This document shows positions 49,857-58,852 of a stretch of DNA of 64,000 nt, piece after piece. The position numbers were made by a program, and so were the translations under genes. The stretch spans positions 416,001-480,000 of the forward strand of contig CAVRBU010000002.1 of assembly GCA_963719315.1 (NCBI GenBank), read 5' to 3'. Origin of the DNA: an uncultured Planctomycetota bacterium. GTDB taxonomy: Bacteria > Planctomycetota > Planctomycetia > Pirellulales > Lacipirellulaceae. Within the stretch, counting starts at the first letter, position 1, and each line of letters begins with the position of its first letter. Below the pieces are notes generated by a model that did no database searches, was not told the DNA's origin, and worked only from the letters and a program-made list of their open reading frames with translations.

Positions 49857-50018
49857 TTGGCAAAAAACCAAAACACATTTGAGAAACGCCGGCGCGAAGT
49901 TGAAAAAAGACAACGGGCTGAGGAAAAACGCAAGAAGCGGGAAAAAATCAAAGAGCTAGGCGACGACCGCCCGGCGCCAACTCCACCCTATGACTACCAG
50001 GAACCTACCGGCAGGTAG
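49857..50018 (+). CDS. Small basic helical protein (53 aa)
   Basis: GGAGGA RBS, TTG start, MAKNQNTFEKRRREVEKRQRAEEKRKKR. Confidence 0.65.
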   Translation: MAKNQNTFEKRRREVEKRQRAEEKRKKREKIKELGDDRPAPTPPYDYQEPTGR

Positions 50019-50164
50019 TGTGTACGTAGGAGTTATTGCAAGTGGCGAGCGACGCACGAGTCGTGCGGCCCGATCTTATAGCAATTGCAGGCTGCCACGA
50101 TTGCGCGACTGATCGATTGGCCTCCATCAGTTCACCCAAATCGAGTTCTTTCGCCGAATTGCCC

Positions 50165-50193
50165 TGGACTTCGCGCTACCGTAGGTCGATAAT
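50165..50193 (+). promoter_or_regulatory. Predicted sigma70 promoter of RRM gene 2
   Basis: TGGACT-N17-GATAAT, 6 nt before the conserved leader start GGTTGG. Confidence 0.6.
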
Positions 50194-50199
50194 GCCTCC

Positions 50200-50366
50200 G
50201 GTTGGTTCAGCGATCGTGTCTCTGTTAGCCGTGCTTCTTTTTGGTCGGCTGCCTCTGCCTCCTTCGGCCGCACCTCCTGGCGGGTCTCCATTTCTGGCCC
50301 CTTTCTTCGCGGCCCCGAAAGTCAAACGACCGGGCCGTACACTTTCCAATTCGCAGGAGATGCAGC
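50200..50366 (+). ncRNA. Putative structured cis-regulatory 5' leader, copy 2
   Basis: Homologous to 49181-49341. Confidence 0.65.
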
Positions 50367-50693
50367 ATGGGAAAGAAACTTTATTGTGGCAATCTGAGTT
50401 ATAACGTCGCGAACTCAGATCTCGACCAAATGTTTGGTGAATTCGGGACGGTACAGAGTGCTGAAGTCGTTATGGATCGCGACACCGGCCGGAGCAAGGG
50501 CTTTGGCTTCGTCGAGATGCAGAACGACCAGGAAGCCCAAGCGGCAATCGCCGGCGTCAATGGCCGGGAGCACGACGGCCGAACGCTAACCGTCAACGAA
50601 GCACGCCCGCGCGAAGCCCGCACCGGCGGCGGCGGTGGTGGTGGTGGTGGACGCGGTGGTTACGGCGGCGGTGGCGGCGGACGCCGTTACTAA
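50367..50693 (+). CDS. RRM (RNP-1) RNA-binding protein with Gly-rich tail, copy 2
   Basis: Near-identical protein to copy 1; ATG after CAGGAG. Confidence 0.95.
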   Translation: MGKKLYCGNLSYNVANSDLDQMFGEFGTVQSAEVVMDRDTGRSKGFGFVEMQNDQEAQAAIAGVNGREHDGRTLTVNEARPREARTGGGGGGGGGRGGYGGGGGGRRY

Positions 50694-50741
50694 CCCTCGC
50701 GACGTCGGTGCCTTGTGCACCGCGCCAAATTGAAACACACG

Positions 50742-50780
50742 CATGCACCGCCGCGCTTTGCGCGGCGGTGCATGTTTTTT
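50742..50780 (+). terminator. Intrinsic terminator
   Basis: CATGCACCGCCGCGC-ttt-GCGCGGCGGTGCATG-TTTTTT. Confidence 0.8.
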
Positions 50781-50863
50781 GCGCCAAAGGGTGGCTGTGG
50801 TCGAGCCGTAGGTGAGCCCCCAGCGCAGTTGGAGGGACGCTGTATTCCACCTTCGCGAGGCCG

Positions 50864-51106
50864 CTACTTACCGCGCTTGGCCGACTTCTTTTTCGCAGTG
50901 GCCGGCTTGACCGCTTTTTTGACTTTCTTCGCCGTCTTCTTTTTCTTTGCGGCCGTCGCCAACTCGGCTTTGCTCTTTTGCCGCATGTCCTGGCTATGCG
51001 CCCGCTGATAGCTCTGGATGTCGGTAAACTCGCCCTTTTCATCGCGCACGGCATACAACTTTTTGCCGGCTTTGCTGTACATAACGGTCCGATTGCTCTT
51101 GGCCAT
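50864..51106 (-). CDS. Small basic protein with histone H1-like Lys/Ala tail
   Basis: GKKLYAVRDEKGEFTDIQSYQRAH core plus AAKKKKTAKKVKKAVK tail; GGAG RBS. Confidence 0.75.
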   Translation of the reverse strand: MAKSNRTVMYSKAGKKLYAVRDEKGEFTDIQSYQRAHSQDMRQKSKAELATAAKKKKTAKKVKKAVKPATAKKKSAKRGK

Positions 51107-51224
51107 ACGAAAATGCTCCAGGTTTGAAAAGGAGTGAGAATCGTTCGCCGCAGGAATTAAGTTAAGAGGGCGACGAACGCCAGTCTATGCGACCACTCGA
51201 AATAATACTACTGAACGCAGCGCC

Positions 51225-51731
51225 TCAACTCAACGTCAACTCGGTAATCAGTATGGAGTACTCCGGGTACGCCATGAGCAGTGCGGCGCGATCACCCAGT
51301 TCAAAATCGGAATAGTCAAACCCCGGCGCAACGGTACATCCCATCAGCGCCCATTGCCCGCCGCGGACGAGCCGACATCCTTGCCACACGCCGGCCGGCA
51401 CGATGACCTGCGGCTCATGCCCGGCTGCCAGGTCGTTGTGAATCGTGATTACCTTGGCTTCGTCATTCGGCCAAAGCTGTAGCATCTCGACTGCATCGCC
51501 GGCGTAGAAGTGGAAGACTTCGTCACTCTTCACGCGGTGGATGGCCGAGAACGTTTCGGGCGTGAGAAGGTAGTAGATTGCCGTCGAAACGCTTCGGTCG
51601 CCGCCGTAATCGTTGGGAAACGTGCCGGCCGTCACCGTCATCGAAGAGCGGTACGTTTCGCGGAAGTGGCCGCCTTCGATGGTGAGGGGGACTAGTTGGA
51701 GGCGGTCGATGATTTCGCGAGCGGTGTGCAT
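51225..51731 (-). CDS. Cupin_5 (DUF985) family protein
   Basis: EGGHFRETYRS, STAIYYLL, HRVKSDEVFHFYAG, VPAGVWQ, CTVAPGFD. Confidence 0.92.
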   Translation of the reverse strand: MHTAREIIDRLQLVPLTIEGGHFRETYRSSMTVTAGTFPNDYGGDRSVSTAIYYLLTPETFSAIHRVKSDEVFHFYAGDAVEMLQLWPNDEAKVITIHNDLAAGHEPQVIVPAGVWQGCRLVRGGQWALMGCTVAPGFDYSDFELGDRAALLMAYPEYSILITELTLS

Positions 51732-51737
51732 TGGAAG

Positions 51738-52148
51738 TTAGCTTGATTTCACGTATTGGTCTACGAAATCTCGCGGCCGAATTACCTGAATGCCATGGTA
51801 CCCGGTGGTTGCAAGCAGCTGCCGGTCGCCGCTGATGACGTACTTCGAATCGGCAGCAATCGCGTACGAGAGGAATTTGTCGTCGTCGGGGTCAACGCAT
51901 ACCTGTGCAGATAGTGGAGGACTCTCGACGAGTGTCGCACCGATGGTAACCAACGCCAAGAATGGCCCCGGCTCGATTCCCGGCGACGAGGCCGCGAGTT
52001 CGCCGCAAACGCGTTGGTACTCGTCGAGTATTTCAACGGACACGACGAGTTCAAGCCGCCCTTCTTGCCGCGCCGCCAGGATTTCGGCCAGAGGGCCGCC
52101 AAAGAAAATACCCGATACGAAGTCGTTGGTATCGAGCACGATCTTCAT
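51738..52148 (-). CDS. PIN-domain putative toxin (TIGR00305-like)
   Basis: IVLDTN..VSG, EILDEY, DPDDDKFL..A, ISGD. Confidence 0.88.
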   Translation of the reverse strand: MKIVLDTNDFVSGIFFGGPLAEILAARQEGRLELVVSVEILDEYQRVCGELAASSPGIEPGPFLALVTIGATLVESPPLSAQVCVDPDDDKFLSYAIAADSKYVISGDRQLLATTGYHGIQVIRPRDFVDQYVKSS

Positions 52149-52406
52149 GATCGCTTTCGTAATTTACGAATCGCGGCGGCAACATCCGATTTCTTCAACC
52201 CCGCCTTGCGCCTGCTGCTGGGCCGTTTTCAGCATCGCTTTGAATTTGGCTGGCGAAGGCTTAGAAATCGACTTCAAAATAATGGCATCGCCCTGGCCGA
52301 TAACTACGAACTGTGTTCCTGGTTCGAGGCCCAATTCGTCACAGATCGCCTCGGGAATTACGACTTGGCCTTTGGAGGACATTCGGGTTGTGGCAAGCAC
52401 AGACAT
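52145..52406 (-). CDS. AbrB/MazE/SpoVT-family antitoxin (frameshift near 52210)
   Basis: TTRMSSKGQVVIPEAI..LGL.PG; alternate frame KAGLKKSDVAAAIRKLRKRS ends in ATGA overlap with PIN start. Confidence 0.85.
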
Positions 52407-52425
52407 TTCAAGGCGGATACGGAAT

Positions 52426-52439
52426 TCTTACTGGTAAGA
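52426..52439. promoter_or_regulatory. Palindromic putative operator upstream of the AbrB-PIN pair
   Basis: TCTTAC-TG-GTAAGA ~20-33 bp upstream of the antitoxin start. Confidence 0.5.
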
Positions 52440-52498
52440 CTGATCTCAATGATGGTCAGTGGAACAGATGGCAAGCCCGCTCCGAAAACTCATATAAT

Positions 52499-53823
52499 CA
52501 GTAGTGTCCCAACGTTAGTCGAATAGCGACAACTGGTTAGGAGAATGGGGTAGTAGGATTTTGTAGTTGGATTGCGAAAACAGCTCGACCAAGGGGGTTT
52601 TCTCGAAAATCGAGACGCTGAGAATCTGTAGAATTGTGTAAAGCGACATTTCGATGCCGAGGCGTTTTTTGGCGATGGCCACGAGCAAGTAGACCGAAAC
52701 GGCGATCCAGATTTGAGCCTTCACGGCGTTCTGGTTCGTGCCATAGAACGACTTGATCCGCAGGTGTTGTTTGATCCATTTGAAAACCAACTCGATCTGC
52801 CAACGGGACTTGTACAGCGCCGCGATCGTCGTCGCCGGCAACTCGAAGTCGTTGGTCAGAAACACCAGACGCTTGCCGAGCGACTGGTCGTAGTAACGAA
52901 TGCGACGCAACGGTTCGGGGTACCCTTGAAAAGAGTAAAACGTTTCCAAGACCACCGTCTGGTCGCACTGCACGCCAGTCGTTCTGTCGACCTCCCGGGA
53001 GTAACGTCGCTGAAACGTAAAATTCTTCTTGGCTCGGGTGACGAAATACGCTTTCGCTTGGTGAAGTTGGTACAGACGAGCAAAGTCGAGATACCCGCGG
53101 TCCATGACGTAGTATGCGCCTGGTGATGGAACCAGGTAATCCAATACGTTCACATCGTGCAGTTTTCCGTCGGAAATCAGGATAAATTCGGGGATGTTGC
53201 CATGAAGATTGAGCAGCGTGTGCAGTTTGACGGCCCCCTTGGTCCGGCGAAACCGGGCCCAAGGGAACAGCGACAGGCACAAGTCGATCGTGGAGGCGTC
53301 GAGCGCGTAGACGGTGGCATCCAAGTCGATGCCCAAGTCTTCCGCGGCGTACAGCGCGCGGGCTTCTCCGATCAGAATCTGAGCGAAGTCGGCGTAGATC
53401 CGCCAGTCGCGCACTCGATTCGCGTTCGACAGATTGTTCCGCGAGACGCCGCCGCGAATCCCCCTGTGATACCACTTGGTCTGCACGGCCCGCAGACAGG
53501 TTTCGACATCGCGCAAGCTTTCCCGGTAGGTAAGTTGCGCGAAGGCCATCACCCGCAGATGTTCGCCGCAGGGAAACGTTTTGATCTTGTGATCGCCGTC
53601 GTAGCGACGGACGCACGTCTCGAAACGGCGCCACGGAACAAAGTCCATCAACTGCGAGAACACCAACTTGCCTGCGTGCATAGACCGATTCCCCTCCGAA
53701 ATCCCGGAAATCGGAAATTATCGGCCAAGGCAATTTCAAATCGAAGCAGGTCATGGTCTTCCGTAAACTAGAAACAATTAACAACTTACAATCAAACCAC
53801 GAGAAAACGTTGGGACACTACTG
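52499..53823 (-). mobile_element. IS4-family insertion sequence (1325 bp)
   Basis: 18-bp perfect TIRs CAGTAGTGTCCCAACGTT; 9-bp direct repeats TCATATAAT at 52490-52498 and 53824-53832. Confidence 0.95.
52515..53681 (-). CDS. IS4-family DDE transposase (DUF4372 + DDE_Tnp_1 type)
   Basis: FAQLTYRESLRD, LDASTI, KLH, MDRGY, YKSRWQIELVFKWIKQ (YREK). Confidence 0.95.
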   Translation of the reverse strand: MHAGKLVFSQLMDFVPWRRFETCVRRYDGDHKIKTFPCGEHLRVMAFAQLTYRESLRDVETCLRAVQTKWYHRGIRGGVSRNNLSNANRVRDWRIYADFAQILIGEARALYAAEDLGIDLDATVYALDASTIDLCLSLFPWARFRRTKGAVKLHTLLNLHGNIPEFILISDGKLHDVNVLDYLVPSPGAYYVMDRGYLDFARLYQLHQAKAYFVTRAKKNFTFQRRYSREVDRTTGVQCDQTVVLETFYSFQGYPEPLRRIRYYDQSLGKRLVFLTNDFELPATTIAALYKSRWQIELVFKWIKQHLRIKSFYGTNQNAVKAQIWIAVSVYLLVAIAKKRLGIEMSLYTILQILSVSIFEKTPLVELFSQSNYKILLPHSPNQLSLFD

Positions 53824-53852
53824 TCATATAATGAATCGTTGATCGGAAGGTA

Positions 53853-54939
53853 TTACTGAATGCTCCGGTTTCCAGAATCCCGAATCCGATCCACGGTTTT
53901 GCGTATGCCTTTCGCTACATCCGTAAAGGCAGCATCGCGGTCGTTCCAACTGGTAATAGGCTTTGCGTCCTTTGGTAGACCTTGCAGCTTACCGAACGGA
54001 CAGCCCGCCCAGTCGCATGACCGCAAGAAAACTGGTACCACAACCGTCTTTCGGTCCTCGTGCCTTTTGATGGCACGGTCCATTTCTACGTCGTAGCAAT
54101 AGTCGGACGCGATAAAGTCGGGGCTAATCAAGAGCAAGACGATGTCTGCCTCCTCGATGTGTTGATCGATTTGTCCACGCCATTCGTCGCCGGGACCGAT
54201 ACGGCGATCATGCCACTGGCTGATTTGTCCCTGACGTTGCAGGGCAGCAAGATGTATTTCCAACTGATCTCGCAATTGTTCATCTGCATGCGAGTAACTG
54301 TAAAAGACCGTTACTCGACTGCAATCGCTTAATCTGCAGGGTGCCAAACTCGGCATAGCTGTCCATTCAGAAGAATGAACCTTTATTTTTTCAAGTGCTC
54401 GCCCAATAACAATGCTGGTTCGTCCCCTTTGTGAATGTCGTTCATTGATCTCATCAAGTCGTTTTACATATGACTCGTAATTAGCGTCGCGATCGGCGTC
54501 TTTTCGATATGCCTCTTGTACAAACTTGAATTCGAGCAGCCATTCAAATGTCTGCCAAAGCGGGTCGCAATCGATACCAAGGCGTCCACCGACAATCGCG
54601 CTAGCCAATTCGGTATGCGAATGAAAACGCTTTAGTTTTTCACCGTCCGGATCGTCCTGGAATTGAAGATAATATGTCTAAATCTCCAAAATGCTTGGTC
54701 CAGGATCTTACGACGTTTGCGCAATAGTCCCCGCTCTCGGCAGCTCGTTGAAGACACTCTTTTGAATAAGAGCATGGCGGCAGCGAGTACGTTGGATCAC
54801 GGTACTCGAACTTTGCCTTGCCGCTTCCAAACGCTGGGATCGTTTCGGTGACCCGAGCCGTCACTATTGCTAGCGGTAGGCTCTTGTATCCACCAACCTC
54901 GCATATTGTCCTGTGCTTCTTTTCTGAGTTCATTGTCAC
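53853..54939 (-). CDS. TIR-domain protein with unknown N-terminal region (probable frameshift near 54678; minimal ORF 53853-54608)
   Basis: VFYSYSHAD..LEIHL, WHDRRI.PG.EW, LLLISPDFIASDYC..E, VPV.LR.CDW. Confidence 0.75.
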
Positions 54940-54956
54940 AGTAAGGTCACTGGCGA

Positions 54957-56300
54957 TTACAATATAAACTTGCTCAAATCCTCATCCTTCGAAACCTCCT
55001 CCAGCCGCTCTTTTACATATGCCGCGTTGATTTCGACGCGGCCCATTTTCATGTCGGGGGCTTCGAAAGAGAGTTCTTCAAGCAATCGCTCCAGGATCGT
55101 GTACAGCCGGCGGGCACCGATGTTTTGCGTGCGTTGGTTCACGTCGAAGGCGTAGCTGGCCAAGGCGTCCACGGCGTCCGCAGTGAATTCGACGTCGACG
55201 CTTTCGGTCTTGAGCAGGGCCGTGTACTGCTTCGTGAGTGAGCTTTTCGGCTCGGTCAGGATACGGACGAAATCGTCTTTCGTGAGGTCCTGCAGTTCGA
55301 CGCGGATCGGGAACCGGCCCTGTAGCTCCGGCATCAGGTCGCTAGGCTTTGTTTTGTGAAACGCGCCGGCGGCGACGAACAGGACGTGGTCCGTCCGCAC
55401 GTAGCCGTAGCGAGTGTTGACGGTCGTGCCCTCGACGATCGGCAGGAGGTCGCGCTGCACGCCTTGGCGGGAGACGTCGGCCCCGCGGCCCCCTTCGCTG
55501 GCGACAACTTTGTCCATCTCATCGACAAAAATGATCCCGACATTCTCGGCCAGCTCGATTGCCTGGGCGTTTACCTTCTCGGCGTTAATGAGCGCTTCGG
55601 TTTCCTGCTCGAAGAGCACGCGGCGGGCCTCAACCACTGTCATCTGCCGCCGCGATATGTTTTTGGGCAGCACTTTTTCGAGCATGCCTTGGAAGTCGAA
55701 TTCCATCGAGTCGTTGCCGGGGCCCATGCCGGGGATCATCATCGCGTGGGCCTTCTGCTCGATCGTGATTTCGACGGTCCGCTGCTCCATTTCACCACTG
55801 GCGAGCATCTGCCTCATTTTCTCGCGTGTTCGTTCGATCCGCTCGGGCGAATTGGGTGAATCGACGCCCACATCGTAACTGGTCGGCGGCGGGGCCAGCA
55901 GGTCGAGCAGTTTTTCCTCGACGCGGCGTTCCGCCTCTGGCTTCACGCGTTCCAGCTCTTGCTCGCGCACGAGGCCGATGGCGTTCTCGACCAGCTCGCG
56001 AACCATGCTTTCAACGTCGCGGCCGTAGTAGCCGACTTCGGTGTACTTCGTGGCCTCGACCTTGATGAACGGTGCGCCCGTGAGCGTGGCGAGGCGGCGG
56101 GCAATTTCGGTTTTCCCCACGCCCGTCGGGCCGATCATGAGAATGTTCTTGGGCGAAACCTCGTTCCGCATTTCGCCCTCGAGCTGTTGCCGCCGCCAGC
56201 GATTGCGGATCGCGATCGCGACAGCCCGCTTGGCGTCGTTCTGACCAACAATATGGCGGTCAAGCTCGGTGACAATCTGGCGAGGGGTTAGTTCTTTCAC
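54957..56300 (-). CDS. hslU: ATP-dependent protease ATPase subunit HslU
   Basis: PKNILMIGPTGVGKTEIARRLA, VEATK, DEMDK, QRDLLP, ELQGRFP, NIGARRL. Confidence 0.97.
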   Translation of the reverse strand: MKELTPRQIVTELDRHIVGQNDAKRAVAIAIRNRWRRQQLEGEMRNEVSPKNILMIGPTGVGKTEIARRLATLTGAPFIKVEATKYTEVGYYGRDVESMVRELVENAIGLVREQELERVKPEAERRVEEKLLDLLAPPPTSYDVGVDSPNSPERIERTREKMRQMLASGEMEQRTVEITIEQKAHAMMIPGMGPGNDSMEFDFQGMLEKVLPKNISRRQMTVVEARRVLFEQETEALINAEKVNAQAIELAENVGIIFVDEMDKVVASEGGRGADVSRQGVQRDLLPIVEGTTVNTRYGYVRTDHVLFVAAGAFHKTKPSDLMPELQGRFPIRVELQDLTKDDFVRILTEPKSSLTKQYTALLKTESVDVEFTADAVDALASYAFDVNQRTQNIGARRLYTILERLLEELSFEAPDMKMGRVEINAAYVKERLEEVSKDEDLSKFIL

Positions 56301-56315
56301 AGGTGGCTCAATTTA

Positions 56316-56478
56316 CCAGAGAGACACGGAGTTCACGGACATAGAAGATTTGTCATTGGTAATTGGTCATTTGTCATTTGGAAATTGGAAATTGGTGATT
56401 TCTGAAATGGCCAATGACAAAATACCAATTTGCAATGGCAAATCTGTTCTTCTACTTGCCCTCTGTGCCTCCGTGGTT
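56316..56478. repeat. Nested intergenic repeats (CACGGAG/CTCCGTG inverted arms around GTCATTG/GAAATTG heptamers)
   Basis: gagacacggagttcacggacatagaag-(gtcattg/gtaattg/gtcattt/gaaattg)n-ctctgtgcctccgtgg. Confidence 0.55.
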
Positions 56479-56496
56479 CATTCAAAAGTAGGTGAT

Positions 56497-57057
56497 TTAG
56501 TTAGCAGGTAGTTCTTCGACCATGATGTTCCGATTCGAGTAAACACAAATGTCCGCCGCGATTTCGAGCGCCTTGCGGACGATTTCGGCCGCGGACAAAT
56601 TGGAGTGAGTCACAAGCGCACGTGCAGCGGCCAAGGCGAAGTTGCCGCCGGAACCGATGCCCAATATGCCGTCGGTTGGTTGGATTACATCACCGGTGCC
56701 GGAAACGAGCAGCGTATGCTGGGCGTCGACGACGGCGATCATTGCCTCCAGCCGGCGGAGCGCACGATCGGTTCGCCATTCTTTGGCGAGTTCGGTGGCC
56801 GCCCTGGGCATATTCGCCGGATAGTCCTTGAGCTTGGCCTCGAATCGCTCGAGCAGCGCAAAGGCATCGGCCGCCCCGCCCGCAAAACCCGCGAGCACGC
56901 GGCCATCCGCCAGCGGGCGAATCTTCACCGCGTCGGACTTCATCACGGTATCGCCGAGGCTCACCTGGCCGTCGCCGCCAATCGCCACGCGGCCCTTGTG
57001 CCGGACCGTGAGAATGGTCGTGGAGCGAAACCGCTGCGACAGGTATGAAATAGCCAT
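56497..57057 (-). CDS. hslV: ATP-dependent protease peptidase subunit HslV
   Basis: [38 protein letters not shown]. Confidence 0.96.
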   Translation of the reverse strand: MAISYLSQRFRSTTILTVRHKGRVAIGGDGQVSLGDTVMKSDAVKIRPLADGRVLAGFAGGAADAFALLERFEAKLKDYPANMPRAATELAKEWRTDRALRRLEAMIAVVDAQHTLLVSGTGDVIQPTDGILGIGSGGNFALAAARALVTHSNLSAAEIVRKALEIAADICVYSNRNIMVEELPAN

Positions 57058-57216
57058 AGTTGGGAAATTACCGCGATGCGGACCACGGCGACTTTGGTGC
57101 CCGATCGCCGGGCCGGCGATGCGTAGCATCGCGGCTAGCGCCTTGTTGCTTTGGTTGGCGATATACTGCCGGTATTGTCGCCCATTGTGGCACTAGCGAC
57201 CAGGGGTTAGTTTGAA

Positions 57217-57828
57217 GTGATGGGATCGAAGCCTGCGGAAAAAACTGAAAAAACAGCCGCGCTTCCGCGCAGTCCGGAGTTGATGAATCGGGAAGATTCC
57301 GCGCTCCTGGTGATCGACGTGCAGGATAAGCTGATCGCGCTCGTTCCCGAACGAGAGCAGATCGTGTGGAACATCCGCCGGCTGCTTGATGCCGCAGCGG
57401 CGCTCGGCGTACCGATCGCCGGCACGGAACAATATCCGGAACGCCTCAGCCCGACCGTGCCCGAGTTGAAGGAGCGCATCGGGCACGCGCCGGATAAACT
57501 GTGCTTCAGCGCTGGCGTGTGCGGCGAAATCTTTGAGCGCTGGCAGAGCGACTGCCGCTTTCGGGTGCTTGTGTGCGGCATCGAAACGCATGTCTGCGTA
57601 TTGCAAACCGCGCTCGACCTCGCGGCGGCTGGCTTCGAGTCCTACGTTGCAGTCGATGCGGTGGGAGCTCGTTACAGCGTCGATCACGAAACGGCACTGC
57701 GGCGAATGGAATCGGCCGGTGTAATTCTCACAACAACCGAGACCGCGTTCTTCGAATGGTGTCGCACGGCCGAAGCGGCAGAGTTCAAAACGATCAGCGC
57801 ATTGGCGAAGGAAAAGCCGCCGAAGTAA
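57217..57828 (+). CDS. Isochorismatase-family hydrolase
   Basis: LLVIDVQDKL, TEQYP, K..FS, GIETHVCVLQT. Confidence 0.92.
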   Translation: MMGSKPAEKTEKTAALPRSPELMNREDSALLVIDVQDKLIALVPEREQIVWNIRRLLDAAAALGVPIAGTEQYPERLSPTVPELKERIGHAPDKLCFSAGVCGEIFERWQSDCRFRVLVCGIETHVCVLQTALDLAAAGFESYVAVDAVGARYSVDHETALRRMESAGVILTTTETAFFEWCRTAEAAEFKTISALAKEKPPK

Positions 57829-57835
57829 TTTCGAG

Positions 57836-57904
57836 GTAGCGGAATTCGCAAGTATTCCGATTTCAACAACACCCGACCATCTGAGGTCTCGCGACTTCAG
57901 CCAA
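57836..57904. repeat. GTAG-family REP inverted pair
   Basis: GTAGCGGAATTCGCAAGTATTCCG ... CTGAGGTCTCGCGACTTCAGCC. Confidence 0.7.
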
Positions 57905-58126
57905 GGATTATTGATGCCTCCAATCTACCCTAAGGGTTGTGTAAATCGCCCATTCTCACGCGCGGCGTAAGTTCAGTTGAGAGCCGAGGATAAGTGCCCC
58001 CGTCGATATTGGGCGTAGGAAAACCCGGCGAAATGGGTTATCATGGTGAGCTTACGCACTGCCAAAGGGCCTAAGCGATGGACCGTGCCTGCTGGCAAGA
58101 AGGCAGAAACTCCAGGTGACTCCGAC

Positions 58127-58852
58127 ATGAGTATCATTGAAGCGGTTGGCGTAACGAAGTCGTTCGCCATCGGCGCGATGCACGTGGATGCAGTCCGCGG
58201 CATTGATCTCTCCGTTCGAACCGGCGAGATGCTTGCGATCGTCGGTCCCTCTGGTTCCGGCAAGAGTACGCTGCTCAATTTGCTCGGCGCCATCGAAACA
58301 CCGACCACGGGTCGCGTGCTATTCGAAGGCACCGATGTGGCCACGCTCGACGACACGGAACGAACGATCTTGCGCCGCCGCCGGATTGGCTTCATTTTCC
58401 AGGCGTTCAACCTACTGCCTACGCTTACGGCCGTCGAGAATGTCGCGCTGCCGTTGGAGTTGGATGGCATCCACGAGTCTGAGGCCCGCGCGCGGTCGTT
58501 GGCTTGTTTGGAGTTGGTGGATGTCGCGGACCGCCAGGACCATTTACCGAGTATGATGTCCGGCGGTGAGCAGCAGCGCGTGGCGGTCGCCCGGGCGCTC
58601 GTCATCGAGCCGGCGCTCGTGCTAGCGGATGAGCCCACCGGCAATCTCGATAGCGTGAACAGCGCTCAGGTCATGCGCCTGCTTCGCGATATTACGGATA
58701 CGCGTGGCCAGACGGTCGTGATCGTAACGCACGACAACGACATTGCGGCCCAAGCCGATCGCACAGTCCACGTGCGAGACGGGCTGCTGGAAGAATTTAC
58801 AACGGGCCATATTTATCACCCCCCAGTTGGTCGGGCAGCGAGCTGGAAATGA
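58127..58852 (+). CDS. ABC transporter ATP-binding protein (LolD/MacB type)
   Basis: GPSGSGKST, FIFQAFNL, MSGGEQQRVA, LADEPTGNLD, VTHD. Confidence 0.95.
   Translation: MSIIEAVGVTKSFAIGAMHVDAVRGIDLSVRTGEMLAIVGPSGSGKSTLLNLLGAIETPTTGRVLFEGTDVATLDDTERTILRRRRIGFIFQAFNLLPTLTAVENVALPLELDGIHESEARARSLACLELVDVADRQDHLPSMMSGGEQQRVAVARALVIEPALVLADEPTGNLDSVNSAQVMRLLRDITDTRGQTVVIVTHDNDIAAQADRTVHVRDGLLEEFTTGHIYHPPVGRAASWK

Noticed and set aside
52537..53784. 415-aa alternative-frame ORF inside the IS4 element
   Set aside because: Arg/Pro-rich shadow frame of the transposase with no domain signature.
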